A stretch of DNA of 64,000 nucleotides from Alphaproteobacteria bacterium (lineage in GTDB: Bacteria; Pseudomonadota; Alphaproteobacteria; SP197). This document shows positions 1 to 10,911 of this stretch, piece by piece (position 1 is the first letter of the stretch; each line of letters opens with the position of its first letter). The notes beneath the pieces are model-generated. The model worked only from the letters and a program-made list of their open reading frames with translations. It did no database searches and was not told the DNA's origin. A program made the translations under genes and the position numbers. The stretch covers positions 352,001 to 416,000 of the forward strand of contig OZ245842.1 of the NCBI GenBank assembly GCA_965228895.1. Reading direction: 5' to 3'.

Positions 1-85
1 CTATCTCACCTGTTCTTTGGCTGACGTATCACGTAAGGACGATCCGAGCCGGACTCGTTGATCGAGGGGCGCATCTTTTGCGCCG

Positions 86-1279
86 TCATCGTGCCCGTAG
101 CTCGGCTCCCGTCGCCTCGACAACCATTTTCTGAAAGTGATGTACCGCACCTTCCCAGTAGGGTGAGAATCGCGGTCCAATACCCAGCTCGTCGCGTAGG
201 ACATTGTTTGCCTGAACACCATGAATGAATTTTAGGTCCTGGCTCGCGACAAAGACGAGACCGTCGACAAGTTCGCGCCGCGCAGTCTCCAGGTCCGACG
301 TCATGGCCTCTTCACCGCAGAAATAGTGGTGAAATCCAAGAAAGGTCTTGTCGGGCCCATCTGGAGAAAAGACCGTCATAACCACATGGTCGGGCTTCAC
401 GACCATGATCGCGGTTGGGAAGATATTGATGATATCGATAAAGCTACCTCCCGACTCGCCATTACCTGCCCTGCGCGGTAAACCCGGCATTTGCCCTTTG
501 ATGGACGGCGCTTCGACGTCGTCAACGTCAATGTCGAGCGTATTGCGTGTCGCCGCAAAACAGTTCGCATGGGTCGAGATTTCTACGCTTTGCCCATTGA
601 CGCCAACCATCAGTTCGGGATGGCCGAATGGGAGATGATAGTCTTCCATAGCACCCTCGATGGACACCTTCCAATTCCCTGGGTAGCTGCCTTGCCACAT
701 GCCGCCATGGCGAAGATTGGTCATGTCATAGTCGTGAAGATAGCTCTCGACAGGCGAGATATGATCCTCGAACGCCGGCGCCCTACCATCAAGATTCACA
801 AAAATGTAGTCGAGCCAGTGTGCCGAGCGTACCTCTACCAGTGATAGATCTTCTCTGCGAATTCCCTTGGAGGTACCAACTTTCGGCCCGCCAATGTTTG
901 GGGTGGTCACGAGTCTGCCATCGAGATCATAGGTCCATCCGTGCCAAGGGCAGTGGATCTTTCCACTGCTCTTACACGGCTCGCTAACGAGTTTGGTGCA
1001 GCGATGGCGGCAGACGTTGTGGAACACCTTGATGGATCCATTCTTCGTACGCGAAACGAGTAGAGGCCGACCGGCGAGGTCGACCGGCAACATATCTCCG
1101 GGATCGGGAACTTGAGCGCCAACACCGATCGCGCACCAGCTCCGGGGAAACAAATCCCGCTGCTCGAGCGAATAGAACTCCGCACCATAGGCACGGCCGG
1201 GCAATCCAACTGCCGATTCGATCGGTTGGAAAAGGACGTTGAGATCCTCGCTGCTCAGAAAATCGTTGAGACAGACCAT
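86..1279 (-). CDS. Rieske non-heme iron oxygenase alpha subunit (choline-monooxygenase-like), R1
   Basis: Rieske motif CRH...CPWH; catalytic NWK...EDYHLPFGH; C-terminal FSPYWE..VHHF; start moved to ATG 1279. Confidence 0.9.
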   Translation of the reverse strand: MVCLNDFLSSEDLNVLFQPIESAVGLPGRAYGAEFYSLEQRDLFPRSWCAIGVGAQVPDPGDMLPVDLAGRPLLVSRTKNGSIKVFHNVCRHRCTKLVSEPCKSSGKIHCPWHGWTYDLDGRLVTTPNIGGPKVGTSKGIRREDLSLVEVRSAHWLDYIFVNLDGRAPAFEDHISPVESYLHDYDMTNLRHGGMWQGSYPGNWKVSIEGAMEDYHLPFGHPELMVGVNGQSVEISTHANCFAATRNTLDIDVDDVEAPSIKGQMPGLPRRAGNGESGGSFIDIINIFPTAIMVVKPDHVVMTVFSPDGPDKTFLGFHHYFCGEEAMTSDLETARRELVDGLVFVASQDLKFIHGVQANNVLRDELGIGPRFSPYWEGAVHHFQKMVVEATGAELRAR

Positions 1280-1394
1280 CGGAGTTCCTTTCAAAGAGCT
1301 GGAATTGATAGAAACCGAGTAACAGCTCGATATTCGATCTTTGTTTTTGAATTGTCAAATCGATACCGTGAGACCGAATGCAATGGCACGCGGA

Positions 1395-1905
1395 CTAGGT
1401 CGGGGACTCATAGACACCGAGCCTTAGGCCGATGGAGTGAGTCTGGCGAATGCGAGATATCGGGCGACAAGCTTGTCGTGCCGGTTGGCAACGCGGTGAC
1501 ACGACTTGATCTTGTTGAAGAACCGTTCAATCAGGCTGCAATCCCTGCAACAGCTAGAAACTGAAGCGTACTGGGATCTTTCGGTTGCGTCCTGGCGGGA
1601 TATTGGCCCATGCGCGCCTTTGGGCGACAAAGGCCCTGATCCAGTGCACGTCGCAGACGCCAGCGTACCGCCAGCGAACGAAGAGAGTGCAGCAGGTAGC
1701 GTCAGGATCGAACTGATGGGCAAATCGCGCCATGGTGCACCGGATCGTAGAGCCCGGAAGATGCCGTTGAGAACACGCCGGTCATCGACGCGAGGCGAGC
1801 CACGCGGCTTGTTAGGCAAGGTGTATTGGAGGAACGCCCAATCTCGATTTGTCGGGGGCATAGCGCGTGGATCGGGCTCCCTTTTTATGAAGCTTGAATC
1901 ACGCG
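1395..1905 (-). pseudogene. IS5-family transposase remnant, internally deleted
   Basis: N-terminal PNKPRG.PRVDDRRVLNGIF..LRSGAPWRDLP joined to C-terminal LIERFFNKIK...RVA.R.DKL; central DDE region absent; ends approximate. Confidence 0.8.
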
Positions 1906-2038
1906 AGCGTCAATTGCCGCAAGCCACAAGTCGATGTTGCGAAGACACCACGAAGCGGACTCAGTGGCAGTCCAGATGGATGCTGCAATTTTATACCCAA
2001 GCAAACAATGCCGGAAATGACTCCCGCCGCGCCTTGTC

Positions 2039-2896
2039 TCAATCATTGCGAAGGCGCTCCGGATAGCGTCCAAAATACTCCTCCAGCGTGTAGGGACGGC
2101 GTCCGGTCGTGCGCTCCACGGTGTCGCTGACCTCCGCGACCTCGCCTTTTGCGATCGCCAGGTAGGAACCGATCCAGGCGTCGATTTGGTAGGGTTTCGC
2201 ACCCATGGCGACAAACCGTTCTCGGGCCTTGCCCGAGCTCTCTTCCACATATCGGAAAGTGCGATCAGATATCGCTGAAAGACGGGCGCATGCTGCGGCC
2301 AGTCCGACAGCCTCGGGTCCGGTCACATCGAGGGTCTGGTTCTCGTGGCGTCCTTCCGCCAAGATCGTGGCTACCGTCTGCGCCACGTCCTCGCGTGAGA
2401 CCCATGCGACCTTTCCGTCGCCAGCATGTCCACGAATCTCGCCGTCATTCCCGGCCATGCCGATCAGCAGGTCCTGATAGAAGCTGTCGCGCAGCAGAGT
2501 GTAGCGCAGACCGGAGGCCCTCAGATGTTCTTCGGTCTGCCAATGGTCCACGGAATAGGGAAAGGCCGAGTCCGGGGACGCGCCCTGGAACGAGAGATAC
2601 ACAATTGCCTGGACTCCGACTTCCCGTGCTGCATCGATCGCGTTCATGTGCAATCGCGCCCGTTCGCCGACAGCACCATAGACGGAGGCGATGAATGCGG
2701 TATGGCAGCCCTCCATCGCGGTGCGCAGCGTGTCCGGCCGGCCATAGTCGGCCTGAACCACTTCCGCGCTTGCAAGGGGCGGCACCCGATCGGGCGAACG
2801 TGCAGCGAGTCTGAGATCCGCCTCGCGCTCGGCCATCAGGTCTGCCACCCTCCGGCCGATATGTCCGGTTGCTCCTGTGACGAGGATCATGCGCAT
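2039..2896 (-). CDS. NmrA-like NAD(P)H-binding atypical SDR oxidoreductase
   Basis: ILVTGATGHIG Rossmann motif; divergent from an Rrf2 regulator. Confidence 0.88.
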   Translation of the reverse strand: MRMILVTGATGHIGRRVADLMAEREADLRLAARSPDRVPPLASAEVVQADYGRPDTLRTAMEGCHTAFIASVYGAVGERARLHMNAIDAAREVGVQAIVYLSFQGASPDSAFPYSVDHWQTEEHLRASGLRYTLLRDSFYQDLLIGMAGNDGEIRGHAGDGKVAWVSREDVAQTVATILAEGRHENQTLDVTGPEAVGLAAACARLSAISDRTFRYVEESSGKARERFVAMGAKPYQIDAWIGSYLAIAKGEVAEVSDTVERTTGRRPYTLEEYFGRYPERLRND

Positions 2897-2921
2897 CTCC
2901 TATCTTCTTTCCACACTGTCT

Positions 2922-2946
2922 ATATGTTACCATCATAGTTACATAT
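2922..2946. promoter_or_regulatory. Putative Rrf2 operator
   Basis: Near-palindrome ATATGTTAC-CATCATA-GTTACATAT (TGTTA-N9-TTACA) between the divergent genes. Confidence 0.6.
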
Positions 2947-2958
2947 TGGAGAAGGCCA

Positions 2959-3381
2959 ATCAACACCCGCTTTTCCGTCAGCGTGCACATTCTCACATTT
3001 CTTGCGACGCTCGAGGGTCAGCCCGCCTCGTCGGATCTAATCGCATCCAGTGTCGGGACCAATCCCGCCCTGATCCGGCGGCTCTTGGCAGCCTTGACCA
3101 AGGCCGGCCTGACGAAATCACAGATGGGGGCAGGCGGGGGCGCTTATCTTGCGCGCCCGCCAGAAACCATCACGTTGAAAGATATCTTTGACACGACGCA
3201 GTCCCTGAACGCTCTCATCCCGCTGCATTCCGGACCCAATCCGGCCTGCCCGGTCGGCCGCAATATCTCAGCCGTGTTGAGCGATGAAACCGAAGCGGCG
3301 CGAGACGCTCTGGTTGCGCGCCTTGCCAAGACAAGCATCGCAGATCTCGCCGGGCGGATCGGTCAAGCAAACTCGGCTTGA
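2959..3381 (+). CDS. Rrf2-family transcriptional regulator (single-Cys, YwnA/SifR-like)
   Basis: NTRFSVSVHIL, SVGTNPALIRR, GGAYLARPPETITL, PNPACPVG; family-typical start falls on ATC 2959 (ORF track uses GTG 2983). Confidence 0.88.
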   Translation: MNTRFSVSVHILTFLATLEGQPASSDLIASSVGTNPALIRRLLAALTKAGLTKSQMGAGGGAYLARPPETITLKDIFDTTQSLNALIPLHSGPNPACPVGRNISAVLSDETEAARDALVARLAKTSIADLAGRIGQANSA

Positions 3382-3852
3382 AGGCCTATTGGCCAGGCGA
3401 GGATCATCCCTTGGCAAATCTGAGACCCGTATAGCCGCTCCTGCTAAGTCGACGACGCAACCAGGTGCAGTAGCCCGCTGGATCAGCCTCTCGGCTGACG
3501 AAAAAACGCCCTACTTCTGGTCGGGAAAGCCATCTCGATGTTGTGTCGTCGGCAGCCGCGCCTACCCAGAATTGTAGCCAGCGCTGTATCGATGTTTGCC
3601 CTTAAGTAACGATGTCTGGTCTTACACATGGCTGACGTCTGGTCCCATCAGTTGCTGCATAAATCTTTGCATCAAGTTTTGTAGATATGTATTTTATTGC
3701 CAACTATGTATGCATTTTCGTGCTAGCCGACTCCGGTCGAACCTTGGCACGTCGCAGTTGATCTCTTGAAAATTTCGGTAACGCGCGGCGGCCGACACGG
3801 TTAGCGGTGGGGCACTTGTACAAAAAGTGGAAGAGCAAAAGGGGGAAGATCC

Positions 3853-4809
3853 ATGAAACGGACAAGTTTCGTTGCCGGTGTGGCGATGTTGGCTGTCATG
3901 TCCACTGGTCCGGCTATAGCTGCTGATGTTGTCATTGGTGTGCCCAACTGGCCGACGGTCAATGCGACGGCCCACATCCTCAAACACGTCATTGAGGACA
4001 ATCTCGGATTGGAGGTCGAGCTACAGAATGGTGCGAACCCGATCATCTTTGAGGGTATGGACAAAGGGGCCATTCATGTACACCCCGAAGTCTGGCTTCC
4101 GAACCAGCAGAACCTCTACGAAGAGTATGTGACCGAGCGCGGGACCGTCGTTGGAACTGACAACGTCGTGCCCGCCGTTCAGGGCATATGTGTGCCGGAA
4201 GCGTTCGCCGCGGCGCACGATTTGAATGCGGTCGAGGACATCACGAACCCCGACATCTCGCCGCTGTTTGATTCCAATGGCGATGGCCGTGGCGAGTTCT
4301 GGATCGGTGCACCCGGCTGGGCGTCGACGAATATCGAACGTGTCCGGGCGAAGTCCTATGGTTATGATCAGGTCTTTGATCTGTCTGAGATTGACGAGAC
4401 GCTTGCCTATGCGGATCTTGGTCAGGCCGTTAGTGCCGGGGAGGGGTGGATCGGATTCTGTTATTCCCCGCACTATGTGCTGACACTCTACGATATCCGT
4501 ATGCTCGAAGAGCCGGAGCACGACCCGTCTAAGTGGACCATCGTTCAACCAACTGACGATTCGAACTGGCTAGAAAACTCAGAGGCCGGGGTGGCTTGGC
4601 CAGAGGCCTACGCAAGTCTGTACTATGCCAAGGCCATCGGTGAAGAGTACCCCGACGTCAAGGCGCTTCTCGACAATGTCGATCTGACAGCTCAGGATTT
4701 GAGCGATATGGCCTACGCGCTCGTTATTGAAAACGAAGATCCTGAAGAATTTGCCGAGAAGTGGACCTCAGAGAACGATGATCGTGTGCTCGGGTGGCTT
4801 GGAAACTGA
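3853..4809 (+). CDS. Glycine betaine/quaternary amine ABC substrate-binding protein (OpuAC/ProX family)
   Basis: Signal peptide; PEVWLPN, GAPGWAS, YSPHY motifs. Confidence 0.85.
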   Translation: MKRTSFVAGVAMLAVMSTGPAIAADVVIGVPNWPTVNATAHILKHVIEDNLGLEVELQNGANPIIFEGMDKGAIHVHPEVWLPNQQNLYEEYVTERGTVVGTDNVVPAVQGICVPEAFAAAHDLNAVEDITNPDISPLFDSNGDGRGEFWIGAPGWASTNIERVRAKSYGYDQVFDLSEIDETLAYADLGQAVSAGEGWIGFCYSPHYVLTLYDIRMLEEPEHDPSKWTIVQPTDDSNWLENSEAGVAWPEAYASLYYAKAIGEEYPDVKALLDNVDLTAQDLSDMAYALVIENEDPEEFAEKWTSENDDRVLGWLGN

Positions 4810-5174
4810 TGGGTTCAACAACGGTTTCGAGGCAAGTGTTGGTGTCCGGTTTCGTTTGAGTTCGCTCGCACACCAGAATCATCCTCTTTGGCCGTAACCT
4901 GATCGTGCAGCGAAAGTCACACAAGTCAGGTGAAGAGCTAGTTCATATTGAAGGCCGCCTCGCGGGGCCGGCCGGCATTAGCGACGGTGCGAATAAGGTG
5001 TGCCGAATGAGGGCCGCAGTGAGTCATAGATGTGCTCCTCTAGTTCAAGGCGCGCTTGCTTGACCAAACCGGCGGGCGCACTCGCAGAGGGTGGAATGAC
5101 TCGCGCAAAACTGCACAGGAGGCGAGTTTACGTTGTGCAACAACGGCTGAGGAAGTTCTCTATTCGATATCGAA

Positions 5175-6098
5175 TCACCGCTCTCCGAGGAAGCCGCGTT
5201 CATGAATCAACGTGACGAGTTCGTCAACGGAGGTCTGCAGAGACTTGTTGACGGTACTCAGTTGTGCGGCCGCGCGTTCGTAAAGCGCCTCCCGGCTCTT
5301 CAGGATCGACTTGAGTTGACTCATTGCCTCAGGGTTGCCCGACATCGGCCGCGTATCGCCCTGGGCAAGCACTCGTGCCATGTGTTCGTCTGGGCTAGCC
5401 TTGATCCAAATGGTATGGAAGTTCGCCAAAAGTGTCCGGTAGGTGTCCGGCTCTGATACGATACCACCGGCAACAGCGAGGATGAGGCAATCGTGCGTAG
5501 CAATGACCCGGCCAACTTCCTGTGCTTCAAGCGTTCGAAATCCCTCCTGTCCGTAAAACGCGATTACCTCGGAAATGGGCATTCCGGAGTGTTCCTCGAT
5601 CTCACGGTTCAGTTCGACGAAGGGAACGTCCAGTATCTGTCCGGCCATCGCACCCAAAGTCGATTTGCCGGCCCCGCGAAGTCCAATGAGGCAAACGCGA
5701 TGGGCGCGGAGGCGTTCTGGCGGTAGGGGACTAAGGATCTCCATCGCCCTTTGCCGTGTTTCAGTGGTCGAAGAGCGAAAGAGGTCTGCTGCGCGAACGA
5801 CTTCTGACGTCCAGGGATCGTCTTCGCCGACGAACCATTCGATTCTAAGGTCGAGTGCAATGGCGACGCGCTGCAGAAGACCGATCGAAATGTTCCCCTT
5901 GCCAGCTTCGAGTTGCGCAAGATACCGCGGCGACACACCGGAGATTTCTGACACTACGCGACGCGGCATGCCCTTTAGTTCGCGCGCTTTTCGAACCCTC
6001 TCACCGACGCGTGAAATCAACGCTCGGACTTCCGTCTCTACATCATCTTCTGGTCTGGAGACGGTTGCCTCGCCTCGAAAACTCGCAACCTCGGTCAT
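5175..6098 (-). CDS. boxR: Benzoyl-CoA-responsive regulator (XRE HTH plus shikimate-kinase-like domain)
   Basis: SGVSPRYLAQLEAGKGNIS HTH; LIGLRGAGKSTLG P-loop; adjacent to boxABC. Confidence 0.9.
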   Translation of the reverse strand: MTEVASFRGEATVSRPEDDVETEVRALISRVGERVRKARELKGMPRRVVSEISGVSPRYLAQLEAGKGNISIGLLQRVAIALDLRIEWFVGEDDPWTSEVVRAADLFRSSTTETRQRAMEILSPLPPERLRAHRVCLIGLRGAGKSTLGAMAGQILDVPFVELNREIEEHSGMPISEVIAFYGQEGFRTLEAQEVGRVIATHDCLILAVAGGIVSEPDTYRTLLANFHTIWIKASPDEHMARVLAQGDTRPMSGNPEAMSQLKSILKSREALYERAAAQLSTVNKSLQTSVDELVTLIHERGFLGER

Positions 6099-6111
6099 TT
6101 GTGAACCTTGA

Positions 6112-6125
6112 TGAAATATATTGCA
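6112..6125. promoter_or_regulatory. Putative BoxR operator
   Basis: TGAA-ATATAT-TGCA upstream of boxR; resembles the TGCA-N6-TGCA BzdR/BoxR-type box. Confidence 0.55.
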
Positions 6126-6406
6126 GATACTTAGAATATGGGTCGAATTTTGCAATGTTTTTCGGCCAATGTGCCGAAGTGATCATCAGGCTCTTATCCT
6201 GCAGAAACCAGCCGAGCTGTTACGAGCTCGCGTAGATGTCTGAGAATGGAAGGCCCGGTGAGGCAGGTGAACTCAACGACAACAAAGGCAGAGTTGCATT
6301 GGTTCAGTGATAACGGAATGGGCGGGCCATCCGAGTCAGAGACTGCAAGCATTCATTGCGACGTTGCAATTTCCTTCAGCGACTCTCACCTGACATTCTA
6401 ACACCA

Positions 6407-7594
6407 CTAGTACGTCTCAACGTGGTAGCGACCATCCTCACGCATGACATCTCGGTTGGCTGCCCAAGAAATGCCCATGCCTTCCGTGATGTTCGCAAAA
6501 GCACTCTCGACACCTTCCTCCATTTCCCGAAGGCCACAAACGTAGATATGCGTCTTCGGATCGGCGAGCATCTCAGCGATGGCGTCTTGCTCCAACATCA
6601 TACGATCCTGGACGTATTCCTTCTGTGCGCCGGGTATTCGGCTGAACACAATGTTCTTCTTAAGAATGTCATCCGGGACTTTTTTCAGCGGGCGGAAGTA
6701 GGGTAGCTCGTCCGGAGTCCGCGCCCCGAAGAACAACACCATGTCGCCGGACGAATTGGCGGCTGTGCGCTGGCGACGCATAGTGAAGGCACGAAATGGC
6801 GCGGAGCCAGTGCCCGTACAGATCATTAGAAGCCTTGCCGACGGGTCGTCGGGCATCAGGAAAGTGGAACCGAACGGGCCGATGACCTGTACCTCGTCGC
6901 CCTCTACAAGATCGCAAAGATAGTTTGAGCAGACTCCGTCGGGTTCCCGCCCTACCGTGAGAGAAACATTGTTGTGGTTCGTGCGTTCGCCGTCGCGAGG
7001 GCTAGCTACCGAGTAAAGCCGGGGTAGGTGCGGTTTTCCCGTGGTATCGGAGCCCGGCGCAATGACGCCGACCGACTGGCCTTCCAGGACAGGGAAGGAC
7101 TGGTCGCCAAACTCGAGAATGATATGGCGAACATCCCTCTCCGATTCTTCCGACGTCAGTCGATAGATTCCCTGAACCTTCGCGGTCGCCGGCTTCGCCA
7201 GATTGTACAGGTTGACCGAAGGTTCGCTGGCTGTGGTTGGTGCCTTGCTCGTTCCACCGGCGCCCTTATGCGCGTTTTCCAGCATCTCGGCCATCGCTTC
7301 GTCGAGCGCCCGAATGCCACCGTTGCCGCTGTCCTTGAGTTCCGCCTGAGCTGGAAGTTCACCCCAGGAATACTGTTCCTCGAGAGAGTAAGGCACCATG
7401 ACCGTGCGCCATTCGTCGATTGATCCTGTTGGGCAAACGGGAATGCAGCTCATGCAGAAGTTACACACTGATTGATCGATTACGACGTTGTCTTCGTTGT
7501 GTTGGATGGCCTGGATTGGGCAGGTCATCTCGCACGTGTAGCACCTTATGCAAACTTCTGGGTCAATCAGGTGCTGTTTCAGAAGCTTGCTCAT
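6407..7594 (-). CDS. boxA: Benzoyl-CoA 2,3-epoxidase reductase subunit
   Basis: KQHLIDPEVCIRCYTCE ferredoxin domain; RLYSVASPR FAD motif; CTGTGSAPFR; terminal YHVETY. Confidence 0.95.
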   Translation of the reverse strand: MSKLLKQHLIDPEVCIRCYTCEMTCPIQAIQHNEDNVVIDQSVCNFCMSCIPVCPTGSIDEWRTVMVPYSLEEQYSWGELPAQAELKDSGNGGIRALDEAMAEMLENAHKGAGGTSKAPTTASEPSVNLYNLAKPATAKVQGIYRLTSEESERDVRHIILEFGDQSFPVLEGQSVGVIAPGSDTTGKPHLPRLYSVASPRDGERTNHNNVSLTVGREPDGVCSNYLCDLVEGDEVQVIGPFGSTFLMPDDPSARLLMICTGTGSAPFRAFTMRRQRTAANSSGDMVLFFGARTPDELPYFRPLKKVPDDILKKNIVFSRIPGAQKEYVQDRMMLEQDAIAEMLADPKTHIYVCGLREMEEGVESAFANITEGMGISWAANRDVMREDGRYHVETY

Positions 7595-7737
7595 GGAGTT
7601 CCTCCCGTGCATGTCGCAGTGTTCGACAAGAATCTAACGTCCCGACGCATCGTGTTGAAGGACGGTGGCCATCGACTTTTTCGGGGCTACGTATGCTGCG
7701 TCGGTCCGCCATTACTTTCGTGCCAGCTCAAGGGCGC

Positions 7738-9189
7738 TCATGCAGCGTGTAGCTTTACGTACTCAAAGTCGCCAGGCTTGTTGTCGATACTGACCTTCGG
7801 CGGCGCAATCCAGCCCGCGTACTCACCAATCTCAGTGACCGGAACCATCAGGGACTGGATGAAATCGCCATCAGCTTTCGATGGCAGCCAGTCCTTGACG
7901 CCAGCATCATACTCTGCGCCGGTGACAATGTTCCCGCTGGGATCAAACAGGTCTTGTGAGAACACACCGATCTTCCGGTTAAATGACTCGTGGGGTAGCT
8001 CCAACTGAAACTGGATTCCCGACTTCTTAATCAAGTTGTTCCATCGACCAACACCGCCTGTGGCGTCGCGAATGTAGTCGTCACGAAGACGCATGTTAAT
8101 TGCTGTCAGAGCCGGCACGTCTTTCTGAATCAGCTTACCGTCCTCCAGATCCCAGACGCGATACGTGTCATTCGTGAGCTTGTGATCATCATCAATACGG
8201 TGCTCCATGAAACGCCCCTTGATGCCAGCGTTGAATGCGTTCGCCGCGTTGGTTGAGACTTCTTGGCCAAACAAATCGAGACTGAGCGTGAAATGAAGAT
8301 TCAGCTTCTTTTGTATGGTCGGTAGATCGATAACACCGAGTCCACGAATTCGGTCGACGTCGTAAGGATCCTCTATACGGTTGTCATTCATGACCTGACA
8401 TGTGCGTTCGACCGTACGACCGACTCCGGTTTCCCCAACGAACATATGGTGCGCTTCCTCGGTCAGCATGAAGCGGCAGCTTCGCGATAGCGGGTCAAAG
8501 CCGGACTGGGCAAGGCTCTCGAGCTGCATCTTCCCATCACGATCGGTGAAATAGGTGAACATGAAGAACGACAACCAGTCTGGTGTTTCTTCGTTGAAGG
8601 CGCCCAGTAGGCGAGGCACCTCTTCAGAACCCGATCGACGACGCAACAGGTCGTCGGCCTCTTCGCGGCCATCAACACCGAAGTACTTATGCAGCAGATA
8701 AACCATGGCCCACAGGTGACGGCCCTCTTCGACATTGATTTGAAACAGGTTGCGCATGTCGTAGAGCGACGGGGCAGTCATGCCCAGAAAGCGCTGCTGC
8801 TCAACAGACGCGGGCTCCGTGTCGCCTTGAATCACGATAAGCCGTTTTAGCACACTTCGGTATTCGCCCGGGACTTCTTGCCAGGCGAGTTGGCCCGCAT
8901 GTTCGCCACAAGGGATGGTTCGATCCTCGACCTGAGGCGCAAGGAGAATACCCCATCGGTATTCAGGCATCTTAACGTAGTCGAACTTCGCCCATCCCTT
9001 TGGATCGACGGAGACCGCAGTTCGTAGATAGACCTCGGACCTTTGGAATCGCTCGGGGATCAGGTCGCTCCACCATTTTATGTAGCGGGGGTGCCACTTC
9101 TCAAGTGCCTTAAGGACACGGCGATCCGAAGACAGACCGACGTTGTTTGGAATTTGCGTGTCATATCGGACGTTCGTGCTGTCGGGCAT
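7738..9189 (-). CDS. boxB: Benzoyl-CoA 2,3-epoxidase diiron subunit
   Basis: IPNNVGL, QGDTEPASVEQQR, EEGRH and EEAHH diiron motifs; start taken at ATG 9189. Confidence 0.95.
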   Translation of the reverse strand: MPDSTNVRYDTQIPNNVGLSSDRRVLKALEKWHPRYIKWWSDLIPERFQRSEVYLRTAVSVDPKGWAKFDYVKMPEYRWGILLAPQVEDRTIPCGEHAGQLAWQEVPGEYRSVLKRLIVIQGDTEPASVEQQRFLGMTAPSLYDMRNLFQINVEEGRHLWAMVYLLHKYFGVDGREEADDLLRRRSGSEEVPRLLGAFNEETPDWLSFFMFTYFTDRDGKMQLESLAQSGFDPLSRSCRFMLTEEAHHMFVGETGVGRTVERTCQVMNDNRIEDPYDVDRIRGLGVIDLPTIQKKLNLHFTLSLDLFGQEVSTNAANAFNAGIKGRFMEHRIDDDHKLTNDTYRVWDLEDGKLIQKDVPALTAINMRLRDDYIRDATGGVGRWNNLIKKSGIQFQLELPHESFNRKIGVFSQDLFDPSGNIVTGAEYDAGVKDWLPSKADGDFIQSLMVPVTEIGEYAGWIAPPKVSIDNKPGDFEYVKLHAA

Positions 9190-9209
9190 TGTTTGAAGAC
9201 TCCTGAGGC

Positions 9210-10862
9210 TCAAACGCGTTGGATGTTGTACTCGCCACGGACGCCGGTGCCGTAACGCTGCAAAGCACCATTTTCGCCGACGGCATTGGGGCGCTGAAAA
9301 ATCCAGTTCTGCCAAGCGGTAAGGCGTCCGAAGATCTTGGTTTCCATGGTTTCGGGCCCGGCGAACCGCAGATTTGCTTCCAATCCGGACATTGCATCGG
9401 GACTGAACGAGGCGCGCTCTTCCATAAAAATCCGGACTTCGTTTTCCCAGTCGACATCATCCAGGGCGAACGTGACCAGGCCGAGTTCCAATGCTCTGGC
9501 CGCATCTAGCTTCTCGCCAATCGTGCCCTTGAGTGCTTCGACCCTCTCGGGCTCGCCGAGAAACCGAGTTTGCAGTCGGGTAAGGCCGTTGCTCGCTGCA
9601 AACTCGCCGAAGTTTGCATCGCTGAGGCCGATCTGCGCCGGCGTGCGGTTGTCGCCTTCGAAGTCACCCTCCATCATGTAGGTGCGGTCTACGCCCCACA
9701 GGATTTCAGCCAGCCCGCCCGCGAAGCACGATCCATTCTCGACCAGGGCAACCAGAGAACGCGACGTCACATCGATCCGCTTAAGTACGCGCTTCCAGTA
9801 GGCCATGATTTCGTTGGCCAACCAGTGTCCCTTGTTGGCGACGAGAGAAGCTTCGTGGGCTAGTACGGCATCCGGATCGCCCTGGCTGCGGAAGACGATG
9901 AGGCCGAGTTCCGTCTCGTTTAGGCGGAGATGGAGAATTGCGTCGTCGAGCTCACGAGCTAATCGAAGCAAGTAGAATGCGTCGCCCAGCGCAACGAGGT
10001 CGTCCGATGAGCCCGGTGGATCGTTATCAGGGCCACTGATGTTGATTGTCGCCTTTTGTCCTTTGCGATCGACGACCACATCGGCAAGTGAGTACGCCAC
10101 AGAGCCATCTTCACCAAATATTCGAGAGATTGGCCCGAGCGATATTCCCTTCTCCGCCTTCTTCGGAATGCTGGCCGCAAATTCTCTCGCGCGGGCGTTG
10201 ACGAACTGGTCAAACTTGAAGCTTGGGATCAGCTCGTCGACGAGGCGCCATTCAACCGCGCGCTTGCCTCTCACACCCTCTTCGGTTGAACAGAAGATGT
10301 CAGCGAGGTCGCGGCGTACCATTCGCTTGTCCGTGACTCTGGTAAGCCCGCCCGTGCCGGGAAGGACTGCCAAAAGCGGCACCTCGGGCAGCGCCACGGC
10401 AGAAGATCCATCATCGGTCAGCATAATGTGGTTGCAGGCCAACGCGAGCTCGTACCCGCCGCCAGCACATGTACCCTTTACGGCTGCAATGTATTTCTGA
10501 CCGGACTCGACTTCGGCTGCCTCGAGCGTATTTCGGGTTTCATTGGTGAACTTGCAGAAGTTGACCTTGTCCGCATGGGACGCACGACCCAGCATCCGAA
10601 TGTTGGCGCCAGCGCAAAAAACATTGTCCTTCCCCGAACGCAAGACGACGACCTTTACCTCGGGATGCTCGAACTGTAGCCGCTGAACAACATCCGCGAG
10701 TTCGATATCGACACCAAGGTCATACGAATTGAGCTTTAACTGATACCCATCAGACAAACCGCCCTTCTCGTCGACATCCATGTACAAGTTGGCGATGTCG
10801 CCGCTGTAGTCGACGCGCCAATGACGATAGCGGGACGGGTTAGTCTGAAAATCGATCATCAT
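9210..10862 (-). CDS. boxC: 2,3-epoxybenzoyl-CoA dihydrolase
   Basis: LKLNSYDLGVDIEL; crotonase fold; FGRLTAWQNWIFQRPNA. Confidence 0.95.
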   Translation of the reverse strand: MMIDFQTNPSRYRHWRVDYSGDIANLYMDVDEKGGLSDGYQLKLNSYDLGVDIELADVVQRLQFEHPEVKVVVLRSGKDNVFCAGANIRMLGRASHADKVNFCKFTNETRNTLEAAEVESGQKYIAAVKGTCAGGGYELALACNHIMLTDDGSSAVALPEVPLLAVLPGTGGLTRVTDKRMVRRDLADIFCSTEEGVRGKRAVEWRLVDELIPSFKFDQFVNARAREFAASIPKKAEKGISLGPISRIFGEDGSVAYSLADVVVDRKGQKATINISGPDNDPPGSSDDLVALGDAFYLLRLARELDDAILHLRLNETELGLIVFRSQGDPDAVLAHEASLVANKGHWLANEIMAYWKRVLKRIDVTSRSLVALVENGSCFAGGLAEILWGVDRTYMMEGDFEGDNRTPAQIGLSDANFGEFAASNGLTRLQTRFLGEPERVEALKGTIGEKLDAARALELGLVTFALDDVDWENEVRIFMEERASFSPDAMSGLEANLRFAGPETMETKIFGRLTAWQNWIFQRPNAVGENGALQRYGTGVRGEYNIQRV

Positions 10863-10911
10863 GAACTCCGGCCGGTCTTGCTCGCTGCTCGACTCTCACA
10901 TTCTATGGATG

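Noticed and set aside
9190-9315. N-terminal extension of boxB in the ORF track
   Set aside because: Overlaps boxC; family similarity begins near ATG 9189
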